A stretch of DNA of 64,000 nucleotides from Candidatus Deferrimicrobiaceae bacterium (GCA_963792415.1 CAWBVY010000001.1:128001-192000); one strand, 5' to 3'; shown: positions 40,929-51,155, numbered from the stretch's first letter. A program made the numbers and translations. Notes: a model not told the origin generated them from the letters alone.

Positions 40929-42230
40929 TCACAAGGCGGCGAAGCGGCGTATCGCGGCGAGCGCGACCTCGACCTTCCGGTCCTTCCGGTCCCGCTTCCG
41001 CCGCTCCGCCACTTCGGGAAGAAGCCCGAAGTTGGCGTTCATCGGCTGCGGACGGTCCGTACCGGGCGTGGTGATCCGCTCCATCAGCGCTCCGATCATC
41101 GACTCCCGCGGGAAGGGGCTGGGATCCTTCCCGGCGGCTCGAAGCAAAGCGGAAACCGCCGCGACCAACCCGGACGCGATCGACTCGACGTATCCCTCGA
41201 CCCCCGTGATCTGGCCCGCGAAGAAGAGCCCGGGGCGGCTCCGCGACTCCATCCACGGATGGAGGTGCCGTCGGGCATCCAGGAAACTGTTGCGGTGCAC
41301 CGATCCGTATCGAAAATACCCGGCGGAGGAAAGTCCCGGGATCAGCGAAAAGACCCGCTTCTGCTCCGGGTAGGTCAGGCGCGTCTGGAAACCGACCAGA
41401 TTGTACATCGTCCCCGCCGCGTTTTCCTTTCGAAGCTGCACGACGGCGTGAGGGATCCGCCCGGTCTTCGGGTCCCTCAGGCCGACGGGCCGCAGCGGAC
41501 CGAACAGGAGGGTGTCCGGACCGCGCCGGGCGATCTCCTCCACCGGCATGCACCCCTCGAAGTACCTCGGCTCCTCGAAAGACCGCACCGGAACCGTCTC
41601 CGCCGTCAGCAGGGCGGAGAGGAACGCCGCGTACCGTTCCCGATCCATGGGGAGGTTGAGATAATCCCCCGTCCCGACACCGTACCGGTCGGCGACGAAC
41701 GACGCTTCGGGGTCGATCGTCTCGGCGTCCACGATCGGCGATATCGCGTCGTAGAAGTAGAAACCGTCGTCCCCCAGAACGTCGCGAATCGCGGACGCGA
41801 TGGCGTCGGACGCAAGGGGCCCGCAGGCCAGGATCACCAGCGGGTCCCCGGGGACCGTATTCACTTCCTCCTCGTGGACACGGATGCCGGGACAGGACCG
41901 GACCTCCTCCGTGACCCGGCGGCCGAACTCCTCCCGGTCGACCGCCAAAGCCTTCCCCGCCGGTACCCGGGAAGCCTCCGCGATCGGGAGGAGGGCGGAC
42001 CCGAGGATCCGAAGCTCCTCCTTGAGAAGTCCTTTCCCCGAGGTCAGTTCCCCGGAGCCGAGCGAGTTGCTGCACACGAGTTCCGCGAACCTGCCCGACC
42101 GGTGCGCGGGGGTGAGTTTCGTCGGGCGCATCTCGTACAGGTCGACCGCGACGCCGGCGCGGGACAGACGAAGGGCCGCCTCCGAACCGGCGAGACCCGC
42201 GCCCACGACCGTCACGGAGCGTTCAGGCAT
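40929..42230 (-). CDS. trmFO: Methylenetetrahydrofolate-tRNA-(uracil-5)-methyltransferase
   Basis: GAGLAGSEAA, ELVCSNS, FAGQITGVEGYVES, PMNANFG. Confidence 0.95.
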   Translation of the reverse strand: MPERSVTVVGAGLAGSEAALRLSRAGVAVDLYEMRPTKLTPAHRSGRFAELVCSNSLGSGELTSGKGLLKEELRILGSALLPIAEASRVPAGKALAVDREEFGRRVTEEVRSCPGIRVHEEEVNTVPGDPLVILACGPLASDAIASAIRDVLGDDGFYFYDAISPIVDAETIDPEASFVADRYGVGTGDYLNLPMDRERYAAFLSALLTAETVPVRSFEEPRYFEGCMPVEEIARRGPDTLLFGPLRPVGLRDPKTGRIPHAVVQLRKENAAGTMYNLVGFQTRLTYPEQKRVFSLIPGLSSAGYFRYGSVHRNSFLDARRHLHPWMESRSRPGLFFAGQITGVEGYVESIASGLVAAVSALLRAAGKDPSPFPRESMIGALMERITTPGTDRPQPMNANFGLLPEVAERRKRDRKDRKVEVALAAIRRFAAL

Positions 42231-43944
42231 CGCCCTTCGCCTCGCCCTTCGCCTCACCCTTCGCCTCACCCTTCGCCTCTCCCTTCCCTGCGGACGCCGC
42301 CGGGAGGAAGACCGAGAAGGCGCACCCCTTGCCGGGCGCCTGGCGAACCTCGATGAACCCCTTGTGCTGGTGAACGATCCGCTGGGAGATGGAGAGACCG
42401 AGCCCCGTCCCCCCTTCCTTGGTCGTAAAGAACGGGTTGAAGATCTTTTCAACGGTCCCCGGTGCGATCCCGGCCCCGGTGTCGACCACCGTCACGACGA
42501 CGTACCGGGATCCGTGGCGGATCTGTTCGAAGCCGTCGATCATCACCTGTCCCCCCGCAGGGGCGGCCTGCACCGCGTTGCGGACGAGATTCCAGGTCAC
42601 CTGCTTCAACTGCTCGCCGTCCCCCTCCACCATGAGGGCCTTCAGCGGAGCGAGCTGGACCTCCACGCCTTTTCCCCGTGCCTCCCCCGCGCAAACCGCC
42701 TCGGCGACGTCCCGCAGCAGCGCCGCCACATCAAGGAGCATCGTGTTCCTTTGAGAGGGACCGGTGTAGGCGAGGAAGTCGGTGATGAGGCCGTTCAGCC
42801 GCTGGCTTTCCCTCCCGATGATGTCGAGGAGGGTCGCCGATTCGCCGGTGGAGGCGACCGACTCCCGGAGCAGCTGGGAAGATCCGGCGATCGACGCGAG
42901 GGGATTCCGGATCTCGTGCGCGAGCCCCGCGGCGAGCTCCCCCACGCCGGCCAGGCGATCCGCGATCCGTACGCGCTCTTCCATCTGCCGGATGGGGGTC
43001 AGGTCCTGGAAGATCACCACGCGACCGGTCGAGCGCCCCTCCGCATCCTTCATCGGAGAGGTCGAGAACCCGAGAAAGACCTCGATCCCGTCGGCCCGCA
43101 GAAACCGGATCTCGGCGCGCGGAACACGGGAATCGTCCCTGCCCTCTCTCGACTCCCACCCCTCGATCCCGGCGAGGACCTGCCCCATCGGCTTCCCCAC
43201 CGTATTCTCCCGGGTCCTGCCGAGAATGGCGCATGCCGTGTCGTTCACCAGGTTCACTTTTCCCTGCGTGTCGATCGTGAGGAGGCCGGACGGGATGTTG
43301 TCGACCACGTGCTTGTGGAAACTCTCCAGTTTCAGGATCATGTCGTCCCGGTCGCGGACTTGCTCCGTTCCTTTCCGGATCTCCTCGCCGAGGAATCCGG
43401 AAAGGACCCCCGTGAGGAGGAATGCCGTGGAGTGCGTCACCGCCGAGCGGGCGAACTGGGGAAACGGGATGTTCGTCGCATCGAACCCGGGGGGCAGGAG
43501 AATGCCGCGCATCTGAAGGTATAAGAGGACCGTGTACGTCGCGGAGGAGAGGAGCGCCCAGCCCACCGCCCCGCGCAGGTACCGCTCGAGGCTCCCGAGG
43601 AGGATCACGATCACGAACATGAAGGAGAAGACGCTGTCGAACAGGCCCGTCGCGAAAACGATGATGGAGATGAACGCGACATCCGCGACGGCCTGGAGGA
43701 AGACGGCGTACGTCGGGAGATCGACGCTTCCCCACGCGGCGTACCGGAGAAGAAGCCAGCCGTAGGAGAGGAGGACGGCGAAGTACAGAAACTGGAATTC
43801 GCCCGTGAGCAGCAGCTCCGGCGAGCGGATCTGCACGGAAACCACGGACGCCAGCAGGGCGAACGTGATCCCGGTTCGGATCAGGAGAAGGTTTCTCCCA
43901 CCCGCCCGCTTCCCCTCGGTCCCTTCCCCCGGGTCACGGGCCAA
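42223..43944 (-). CDS. pilS: PilS-like sensor histidine kinase (TM-PAS-HisKA-HATPase)
   Basis: N-terminal TM segments, AHEIRNPL, NLVRNA, PFFTTK, GTGLGL; directly after pilC. Confidence 0.85.
   Translation of the reverse strand: MARDPGEGTEGKRAGGRNLLLIRTGITFALLASVVSVQIRSPELLLTGEFQFLYFAVLLSYGWLLLRYAAWGSVDLPTYAVFLQAVADVAFISIIVFATGLFDSVFSFMFVIVILLGSLERYLRGAVGWALLSSATYTVLLYLQMRGILLPPGFDATNIPFPQFARSAVTHSTAFLLTGVLSGFLGEEIRKGTEQVRDRDDMILKLESFHKHVVDNIPSGLLTIDTQGKVNLVNDTACAILGRTRENTVGKPMGQVLAGIEGWESREGRDDSRVPRAEIRFLRADGIEVFLGFSTSPMKDAEGRSTGRVVIFQDLTPIRQMEERVRIADRLAGVGELAAGLAHEIRNPLASIAGSSQLLRESVASTGESATLLDIIGRESQRLNGLITDFLAYTGPSQRNTMLLDVAALLRDVAEAVCAGEARGKGVEVQLAPLKALMVEGDGEQLKQVTWNLVRNAVQAAPAGGQVMIDGFEQIRHGSRYVVVTVVDTGAGIAPGTVEKIFNPFFTTKEGGTGLGLSISQRIVHQHKGFIEVRQAPGKGCAFSVFLPAASAGKGEAKGEAKGEAKGEAKGDA
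42233..42286. repeat. 12-bp tandem repeat x4.5 encoding (GEAK)n at the PilS C-terminus
   Basis: cccttcgcctcN units at 42233, 42245, 42257, 42269 and a partial unit at 42281. Confidence 0.9.
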
Positions 43945-43965
43945 CGGCCTGGGACTGGACAGACC

Positions 43966-45180
43966 CTACCCCCCGACGGCCCCGGCCAGCTTGAACACCG
44001 GCAGGTACATCGCGATGACCAGTCCGCCGATGACCACGCCGAGGAAAACCATGAGCATCGGCTCGAGCAGCGCCGTCATCGCCTCGACGGCCGAGTCGAC
44101 CTCGTCGTCGTAGAAGTCGGCGATCTTGTTCAGCATCGCGTCGAGGGCGCCCGTTGCCTCGCCAACGGCGACCATCTGGGTCACCATCGGCGGGAACACC
44201 TTGCTGTCGGCCAGCGGTTCCGCGATCGTCTTCCCCTCGCTGATGCTCACGCGGGCCTTCAGGATCGCCTCCTCGATGATCTTGTTCCCCGCGGTTTTCG
44301 CCACGATGTCCATGCTCTCGAGGATGGGGACGCCGCTGCTGACCATCGTCCCCAGGGTCCGCGAGAACCGCGCGACCGCGATCCTCTGCAGCAGGGAGCC
44401 GACGACCGGGAGTCGCAGCAGCAGACGGTCGACGTTCCTGCGACCGGTTTCCTGCCGGTAGTACCAGCGGAACGCCACCACGAGCAGGAAGATGAAAACG
44501 ATGACGAGCAGGAAATATTTCCGAGTGAAGTCGCTGAGCGCAAGGACGAACTGCGTGGGACCGGGTAGCGCCTGCCCGAAATCGGAGAACATCTTGGCGA
44601 AGATCGGGATGACGTACACGAGCAGGACGACCGTGACGACGACGGCGACGGCGAGGATCGTGGACGGATAGACCATCGCCCCCTTGATCTTCTTGGCGAG
44701 CTTCATCGCCTTCTCGATGTAATCCGCGAGCCGCGACAGGATCGTGTCGAGCATCCCGCCGACCTCTCCCGCCGCGACGAGGTTGACGAAAAGGGAATCG
44801 AAGACCTTCGGGTGCTTGGAAAGGGCGTCGGCGAAGGTGGAGCCGCTCTCCACGTCCTCCTTGATCTTCAGGATCACCTTCTTGAACGTCGGGTTCTCCT
44901 GCTGCAGGCCGAGGATGTCGAGGCACTGGACAAGCGGCAGACCCGCGTCGATCATGGTGGCGAACTGACGGGTGAAGATGGCCATCTCCTTCCCGCCGAC
45001 CTTCTTCTCCCCCTTCCATGGGAGCCGGATCGCCAGATCCGCGCTTTTCTTGCGGATCTTCAGGGGCTGGATCTGCTCCCGCCGCAGCTGTGCGAGAACG
45101 AACGCCTCGCTCGGGGCTTCCATCTCCCCCGAGACCGCCCCGCCTCCGCGGTTTTTCCCTTCCCAGGCGAATTTCGTCAT
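43966..45180 (-). CDS. pilC: Type IV pilus inner-membrane platform protein
   Basis: FTRQFATMIDAGLPL, AGEVGG, GEATGALD, MYLP. Confidence 0.95.
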   Translation of the reverse strand: MTKFAWEGKNRGGGAVSGEMEAPSEAFVLAQLRREQIQPLKIRKKSADLAIRLPWKGEKKVGGKEMAIFTRQFATMIDAGLPLVQCLDILGLQQENPTFKKVILKIKEDVESGSTFADALSKHPKVFDSLFVNLVAAGEVGGMLDTILSRLADYIEKAMKLAKKIKGAMVYPSTILAVAVVVTVVLLVYVIPIFAKMFSDFGQALPGPTQFVLALSDFTRKYFLLVIVFIFLLVVAFRWYYRQETGRRNVDRLLLRLPVVGSLLQRIAVARFSRTLGTMVSSGVPILESMDIVAKTAGNKIIEEAILKARVSISEGKTIAEPLADSKVFPPMVTQMVAVGEATGALDAMLNKIADFYDDEVDSAVEAMTALLEPMLMVFLGVVIGGLVIAMYLPVFKLAGAVGG

Positions 45181-45211
45181 CGTCTCCTCCGTTCATCCTT
45201 CCGGAACGGGG

Positions 45212-46309
45212 TCAGGCCTTGCGGCCCGGTCCCTGGGGGTGGTTCTGCGCGTTCGTCAGCAGATTGCGGAATTCGTCGGGGTCGGAGCTGCGACCGACCG
45301 CGTCGTCCAGCGTGATCTCCCTGCGCAGGTAGGTCGCGAGCAGCGACTGGTTCATCGTCTGCATCCCGAACTTCGCCTGTCCCACCTGCATCTGGGAGTA
45401 GATCTGATGCACCTTCTCCTCCCGGATCAGGTTCCGGATCGCCGGGTTCGGGATCATGATCTCGAGTGCGAGGGCGCGCCCGCCCCCGCTCGCCTTGGGG
45501 ATGAGGATCTGGGAGACGACCCCCTCGAGGACGAGGGAGAGCTGCGCACGGACCTGCGGCTGCTGGTAGGGAGGGAACACGTCGAGGATCCGGTTGATCG
45601 TCTGGACGCACGAGTTCGTGTGGAGGGTAGCGAACACGAGGTGGCCGGTCTCCGCGACGGTGAGCGCCGCCTCGATCGTTTCCAGGTCCCGCATCTCGCC
45701 GATGAGGACGACGTCGGGGTCCTGCCGAAGGATGTACTTGAGCGCCTTCTTGAACCCCTGCGTGTCGGCGTTGACTTCCCGCTGGTTCACGAGGCATTTC
45801 TTGTGCGGGTGGAGATACTCGATCGGATCCTCGATCGTGATGATATGCTCCTGCCGCTCGTTGTTGATCTTGTCGATCATCGCCGCGAGGGTGGTCGACT
45901 TCCCGGATCCGGTCGGGCCGGTCACCAGAACCAGTCCCCGGGGTTTCTTGCAAAGCTCCTTCAGGTGCGGCGGGAGTCCCAGTTCCTCGAAGGGACGGAC
46001 CCGGAACGGGATGGTCCGGAATGCGCCGGCGACGGCCCCGCGCTGCATGTAGATGTTCGCCCGGAAGCGGGAGAGCCCCTTGACGCCGAAGGAGAGGTCG
46101 AGTTCCCACTCCTCCTCGAACCGCTGCTTCTGGACCTCGGTCAGGATGCTGTAGCAAAGCCGCTTGCTGTCCTGCGGCATGATTGGATCGTGCGGCAGGG
46201 GCATGAGACGGCCGTCCACGCGGATCGTCGGCGCGATCCCCGTCGTGATGTGGAGATCGGACGCCCCCTTCTCGTACATCACGGTGAGAAGCTCCTGCAT
46301 CGTTACCAT
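45212..46309 (-). CDS. pilT: Type IV pilus retraction ATPase
   Basis: GPTGSGKSTT, AETGHLV, AIRNLIRE. Confidence 0.96.
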   Translation of the reverse strand: MVTMQELLTVMYEKGASDLHITTGIAPTIRVDGRLMPLPHDPIMPQDSKRLCYSILTEVQKQRFEEEWELDLSFGVKGLSRFRANIYMQRGAVAGAFRTIPFRVRPFEELGLPPHLKELCKKPRGLVLVTGPTGSGKSTTLAAMIDKINNERQEHIITIEDPIEYLHPHKKCLVNQREVNADTQGFKKALKYILRQDPDVVLIGEMRDLETIEAALTVAETGHLVFATLHTNSCVQTINRILDVFPPYQQPQVRAQLSLVLEGVVSQILIPKASGGGRALALEIMIPNPAIRNLIREEKVHQIYSQMQVGQAKFGMQTMNQSLLATYLRREITLDDAVGRSSDPDEFRNLLTNAQNHPQGPGRKA

Positions 46310-46334
46310 GATCGAAACTCCTCCTCGAACAGGC

Positions 46335-48032
46335 TCAATCCGGCGCGGTCACCCGCAGCACTTCTTCGAGCGTCGTGATCCCCTCCTCCAGCTTCGTGAG
46401 ACCCGACTGGCGGAGCGTCTTCATCCCGAGGCGGACCGCCTCGCGCTGCAGATCGAGCGCCGAGCCGCCCCGCAGGACGAGATCCTTGATCTCCTCCTTG
46501 ATCGGCATCACCTCGTAGAGGGCGACCCGCCCGCGGAACCCGGTCCCGCTGCACTCGTCGCATCCCTTCCCCTTTGCCGGTTTGGCGAGCCGGATCCGCT
46601 CGGGCTTCATCCCGGCGTCCGCGAGCGCCTTCGGGGGGATCGTGATCTCCTCCCTGCATTTCATGCAGACCCGCCGGGCAAGCCGCTGCGCGACGACGAG
46701 GTTCAGCGACGACGACACGAGGAACGGCTCGATCCCCATGTTCAGAAGCCGGGTGACCGTGCTTGGGGCGTCGTTGGTGTGCAGCGTGGAGAGGACCAGG
46801 TGCCCGGTGAGCGCCGCCTTGACGGCGATCTCCGCGGTCTCGTAGTCCCGGATCTCCCCCACCATGATGATGTCTGGGTCCTGCCGCAGGAAGGAGCGCA
46901 GCGCCGCGGCGAAGGTGAGGCCGATCTCCTCCTTCGTCTGGACCTGGTTGATCCCCGCGAAGTTGTACTCCACAGGGTCCTCGGCGCTGCAGATGTTGTC
47001 GGCCACCTTGTTGAGGTCCACGAGGGCGGAGTAAAGGGTCGTCGTCTTCCCGGACCCGGTGGGGCCGGTGACGAGGATCATTCCGAAGGGCCGGTGGATC
47101 GCATCGTTGAAGTCGACCATCTGCGCGGGCTCGAACCCCAGCTTCGTCATGTCGAGCTGCAGGTTCGACTTGTCGAGGAGGCGGAGGACGATCTTCTCCC
47201 CGTAGATCGTCGGGAGGACGGAGACGCGGAAGTCCATCTCCCGTCCCTTCCCGATCTTCATCTTGATGCGGCCGTCCTGGGGGAGGCGCCGCTCGGCGAT
47301 GTCGAGGGAAGCCATGATCTTGAGCCTCGACGACAACGCGCTGCGCAACCGCAGCGGCGGGCGCATCACCTCGAAGAGAACGCCGTCCACACGATAGCGG
47401 ACACGGAACTCCTTCTCGTACGGCTCGATGTGGATGTCGGACGCGCGCCGCTTGATCGCCTCGGTGAGAAGATAGTTCGAAAGCTTCACGACCGGGGCGT
47501 CGTCGACGACCCGGTCAAGGTCGTCGGTGTCGACCTCCTCCTCGCGGATGACCTCGAAGTCCTCGTCGAGCTCGGAGATGATGTCCTTGAATTCCATCGA
47601 CCGGTCGAAGAACTTGTTGATCTCCGCCGTGATCGCGCGCTCCGAGGCAAGGACCAGCTCGACGGAGTACCCCGTCTTGAACCCGATCCCGTCGACGATC
47701 GCCATGTTGGAGGGATCGGCCACCGCGACGATCATCTTCGACCCCACGCGGTTGATCGGAAGCGCGAGGTGCTTCTGGACCATCTCCTCGGGAAGGAGGC
47801 GGACGACGTCGGGGTTGATCTCGTATTGCGAAAGGTCGACGACGGGGAGGTTGAACTGGCGGCCGAGGTACGCGAGGAGTTCCTCTTCCTTGATGAAACC
47901 GGCCTTCACCAGGACGGTTCCGATCCGTTCGTGCGTTTTCTCCTGGGTTTCGAGGGCTCCGCGAAGCTGGTCGGCGGTGATCAGATTCCCTTTCAGGAGC
48001 ATCTCGCCGATCTTGGTGGCCAGTACGGACAT
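46335..48032 (-). CDS. pilB: Type IV pilus assembly ATPase
   Basis: ASDIHIEP, RLPQDGR, GPTGSGKTTT, Zn-binding CxxC pairs. Confidence 0.96.
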   Translation of the reverse strand: MSVLATKIGEMLLKGNLITADQLRGALETQEKTHERIGTVLVKAGFIKEEELLAYLGRQFNLPVVDLSQYEINPDVVRLLPEEMVQKHLALPINRVGSKMIVAVADPSNMAIVDGIGFKTGYSVELVLASERAITAEINKFFDRSMEFKDIISELDEDFEVIREEEVDTDDLDRVVDDAPVVKLSNYLLTEAIKRRASDIHIEPYEKEFRVRYRVDGVLFEVMRPPLRLRSALSSRLKIMASLDIAERRLPQDGRIKMKIGKGREMDFRVSVLPTIYGEKIVLRLLDKSNLQLDMTKLGFEPAQMVDFNDAIHRPFGMILVTGPTGSGKTTTLYSALVDLNKVADNICSAEDPVEYNFAGINQVQTKEEIGLTFAAALRSFLRQDPDIIMVGEIRDYETAEIAVKAALTGHLVLSTLHTNDAPSTVTRLLNMGIEPFLVSSSLNLVVAQRLARRVCMKCREEITIPPKALADAGMKPERIRLAKPAKGKGCDECSGTGFRGRVALYEVMPIKEEIKDLVLRGGSALDLQREAVRLGMKTLRQSGLTKLEEGITTLEEVLRVTAPD

Positions 48033-48075
48033 GTTCACCCCTGCCTTGGAACGACATTTTTAACGCATAAAGTTA

Positions 48076-48951
48076 TCATAATTTCAAAGCCGTTACCGCC
48101 AGCTTCCGGAACGTTTCCCCCGGGACATCCCGCCCGGTCCAAAGGGAGAAGCTCCGCGCGGCCTGATATGCCAGCATGGGGAGACCTCCCACGGTCTTCA
48201 CCCTCCGCGCCCGGAGCCGCCGGACCAGGTCCGTCCCCCCTGCCCGGTAGACTATATCGGCGAAGCGGGAGGATTTCTGTACATCTTTTATCGGAAAATC
48301 TTCCCACTCCCCCCGGAGGCCGAGGGAGGTGCACTGCACGATGAGATCCGTCCCACGGAATTCCTCCCGGAGGGTCCGGGGGCGGAGATCGCCGGCGGCA
48401 AAGACGACCTCGGGAAACCGCGTGGAAAGGAGACGCGCGACCCGCTCCGCCCTTCGGGGGTGCCGGTTCAGCAGCACGATCTCCCGGGCGTCCGCCCCCG
48501 CGAGGGCAAAGGCGATGCCGCGGGCCGCCCCCCCGGCGCCGAGGAGGACGACGCGGCGGTATCGACGTCCCCATCCCGCCGCCACGAGGGCATCGAGGAA
48601 CCCCTGACCATCCGTGTTCTCGGCATGGAGCTTCCCTTCCCGCACCACCAGGGTGTTCGCCGCGCCGCAGATCTCCACCGCTTCCGAACGGGTGTCCGCC
48701 AGGGCGGCGGCTTCCTCCTTGTAGGGGATCGTGACATTCCCTCCGAGGAAGTTCCCCGCGCGGACGATCCGGAGAAACCGTCGAAGGTGGCCGGGGGGGA
48801 GGTCGATCGGAACGTAGTGGAGAGGAAGGCCCAGCCGGGCGATGACGCCGTTGTGCATCGCGGGGCTGAGGGAATGCGAGATCGGGTGCCCGACCACGAA
48901 GAGGAGGGAATGGGAGGCACCGCCCCTCCCCCCTGAAGCTTGCGGGTTCAA
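48076..48951 (-). CDS. aroE: Shikimate dehydrogenase (start approximate)
   Basis: GHPISHSLSPAMHN, NVTIPYK, NTDG, GAGGAAR. Confidence 0.92.
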   Translation of the reverse strand: MNPQASGGRGGASHSLLFVVGHPISHSLSPAMHNGVIARLGLPLHYVPIDLPPGHLRRFLRIVRAGNFLGGNVTIPYKEEAAALADTRSEAVEICGAANTLVVREGKLHAENTDGQGFLDALVAAGWGRRYRRVVLLGAGGAARGIAFALAGADAREIVLLNRHPRRAERVARLLSTRFPEVVFAAGDLRPRTLREEFRGTDLIVQCTSLGLRGEWEDFPIKDVQKSSRFADIVYRAGGTDLVRRLRARRVKTVGGLPMLAYQAARSFSLWTGRDVPGETFRKLAVTALKL

Positions 48952-49544
48952 TCCTTGAGTTCGAGGTTCCAATAGGTGAAGTCGACCACGTTCAGGAACG
49001 GAACCCATTCCCGGTGGATGGGAGTCCGCAGCGAGAATGCGAACTCCGGCGACCAGCGGGGCGCCCTGGGAGCGGAGACCAGCCGCATCCCGGTCTCCTC
49101 GGGGCGATTCCCGCCTTTCCGCTTGTTGCAGGGGATGCAGCTGCAGACGATGTTCTCCCAGTTGGTCTTTCCCCCCTGGGAGCGAGGCACCACGTGGTCC
49201 AGGTTGAGCTCGCTGCTGGGGGACGGCTTCCCGCAATACTGGCACGTATTACGGTCCCGGACGAAGATGTTGCGACGGCTGAACCGGACGTTGCGCCGCG
49301 GAACCCGGTCGTACGCGACGAGGACCACAACGCGGGGGATCCGGATCCCCCTGCCGACGACGCCGATGGCGGGGTCCCCGGCGGCCACCGCGAGAGCGCT
49401 CCACGACGGGTAGTCGAACGTCTCGTACTGTTCGTTGATCGCCCTGGCAAGCCCAGAGTACAGAAGACAGAAGGCCCGCCGCACGTTCGTGACGTGGACC
49501 GGGAAGTAGCCCCGGTTGAGGACGAGGACGCTGGAGTTCAGCAT
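48948..49544 (-). CDS. HNH endonuclease (McrA-like, Zn-binding)
   Basis: RDRNTCQYCG...LDHVVPRSQGG..WENIVCSCIPCNKRK. Confidence 0.92.
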   Translation of the reverse strand: MLNSSVLVLNRGYFPVHVTNVRRAFCLLYSGLARAINEQYETFDYPSWSALAVAAGDPAIGVVGRGIRIPRVVVLVAYDRVPRRNVRFSRRNIFVRDRNTCQYCGKPSPSSELNLDHVVPRSQGGKTNWENIVCSCIPCNKRKGGNRPEETGMRLVSAPRAPRWSPEFAFSLRTPIHREWVPFLNVVDFTYWNLELKD

Positions 49545-49557
49545 CGGGCGGCCCCTA

Positions 49558-49720
49558 GTGCACCGTCTCGCAAATATCTTGGCATTCGAGCGCCGCTGCA
49601 TCCGCTCCAGCTTCGTTGCTCAAGTTCGCCGTACTCTCCCGGTACGCCTTCACTTGTGCGCCTTGCTGGCGCGGCGCATCGACGCTCTCGATGCTTCAAG
49701 CTATTTGCGAGACGGTACAC
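49558..49720. repeat. ~163-bp palindromic MITE/REP-like element, copy 1
   Basis: 19-nt terminal inverted repeats (GTGcACCGTCTCGCAAATA / TATTTGCGAGACGGTaCAC); similar to 52836-52997. Confidence 0.9.
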
Positions 49721-49742
49721 CGGATTCATGGTGGCTCCTACT

Positions 49743-51155
49743 CTACCCATCGTTCGAGGGTCGGTCAATGGCAGACACGGCCGCGGCAAGCTCCGGAACC
49801 TCGTCGTCGCGGACGGTCCTGAGATCGAGGAGCACCTTCCCTCTCCCTACCCGGGCTACCACGCAGGGCGTCCCCCGGCGCAGCCGCTCTTCGAGGACCT
49901 CTTCCGGAATCCGCGGGTGCGTGACGGCTACGAGGGCGGTCGGGAGAACGATTCCGGGAAGGGCGCCGCCGCCGGGAGAGGTCCCGCCCCGCTCGATGGC
50001 GAGGGACAGCCCCCCCCGCGAAGCGCGAATCGCCCGCACGAGGCGGCGCGCCCTGGCGCGCACCCGTTCCTCGGGTTCGAGAAGCATCCGGAGGACGGGA
50101 ACCCGTTCCCGCGCCCGGCGCTCGTCCGCGTAGAGGCGGAGGACCGCGGAGAGCGCGGCGAGGCACATCTTGTCGACCCGGAGCGCCCGGGAGAGCGGGT
50201 GCTTCTTCAGCGGCGCGATCAGGTCTTCCTTCCCGAGGAGGAACCCCGCCTGCGGTCCCCCCAGGAGCTTGTCCCCGCTCGCGGTGACGATCCCGGGGCC
50301 GGCGGCCAGGACCTGCCGCAGGGACACCGCCCCGGGAATGCCGTGCGGCGCGAGATCGATCAGCGCCCCCGATCCCTGGTCCTCCATGACAGGGATCGCC
50401 GCGCGCGCGCCAAGGCGGACGAGGTCGGCGGTGCGGACCTCCTCGGTGAACCCTTGCATGGAGAAGTTGGACGGATGGATCTTGAGCAGGAGCGCGGTCC
50501 GACCCGTGATGGCGTTCTCGTAATCGGAAAGGCGCGTCCGGTTCGTGGTCCCCACCTCCACCAGCCGGGCGCCGCTCTCCGCCATGATGTCGGGGATGCG
50601 GAACGATCCGCCGATCTCGACGAGTTCGCCGCGGCTTACGATCACTTCCCGTCCCCGGGCGTGGCCCGCGAGACAGAGCAGCACCGCGGCGGCGTTGTTG
50701 TTGACGACGTGGGCGCACTCGGCCCCGGTCAGGGCGCGAAGCATCCCCTCGACGTGGGAGAGGCGGGACGATCGCTCCCCCGTCGCGAGGTCGAACTCGA
50801 GGTTCGAGTACCCCCGCGCGGTTTCCAGCACCGCGGCGAGCGCCTCCCCGGGCAACGGCGCGCGACCGAGGTTGGTGTGGACGACGATCCCGGCGGCGTT
50901 GATCACCCGGCGCATCGGGAGGGACTCCCTTGAGGCGATCTCTCCCGGCAGCATCGAGAGGATCCGGTCGGTCCACGCCTCGCGCGAGAGCGGAACCCGT
51001 TCCTCGCCGACGGCGGCGCGGGCGGCTGCGACGACCTCGCGGAGCGCGTCCACCACCACTGCGCGGGGATGGGATCGCAGGAACGCGCGGGCGGCGGCGT
51101 TTCCCAGCAGGGAGGCGACGGACGGGAGAGTGCGGAGTCCTCGGGATTCGGGCAT
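49743..51155 (-). CDS. selA: L-seryl-tRNA(Sec) selenium transferase
   Basis: HTNLGRA, VNNNAAA, ELVEIGGSFRIP, SGDKLLGGPQ. Confidence 0.96.
   Translation of the reverse strand: MPESRGLRTLPSVASLLGNAAARAFLRSHPRAVVVDALREVVAAARAAVGEERVPLSREAWTDRILSMLPGEIASRESLPMRRVINAAGIVVHTNLGRAPLPGEALAAVLETARGYSNLEFDLATGERSSRLSHVEGMLRALTGAECAHVVNNNAAAVLLCLAGHARGREVIVSRGELVEIGGSFRIPDIMAESGARLVEVGTTNRTRLSDYENAITGRTALLLKIHPSNFSMQGFTEEVRTADLVRLGARAAIPVMEDQGSGALIDLAPHGIPGAVSLRQVLAAGPGIVTASGDKLLGGPQAGFLLGKEDLIAPLKKHPLSRALRVDKMCLAALSAVLRLYADERRARERVPVLRMLLEPEERVRARARRLVRAIRASRGGLSLAIERGGTSPGGGALPGIVLPTALVAVTHPRIPEEVLEERLRRGTPCVVARVGRGKVLLDLRTVRDDEVPELAAAVSAIDRPSNDG

Noticed and set aside
48948-49720. IscB/HEARO-type RNA-guided nuclease
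   Set aside because: The HNH protein is only 198 aa, with no PLMP/RRXRR or RuvC motifs, and the upstream hairpin recurs elsewhere without an HNH gene.
49743-51155. Selenoproteins or tRNA-Sec near selA
   Set aside because: No in-frame TGA at a catalytic Cys position was noticed in the redox genes, and no selB/selC/selD was seen in the window.
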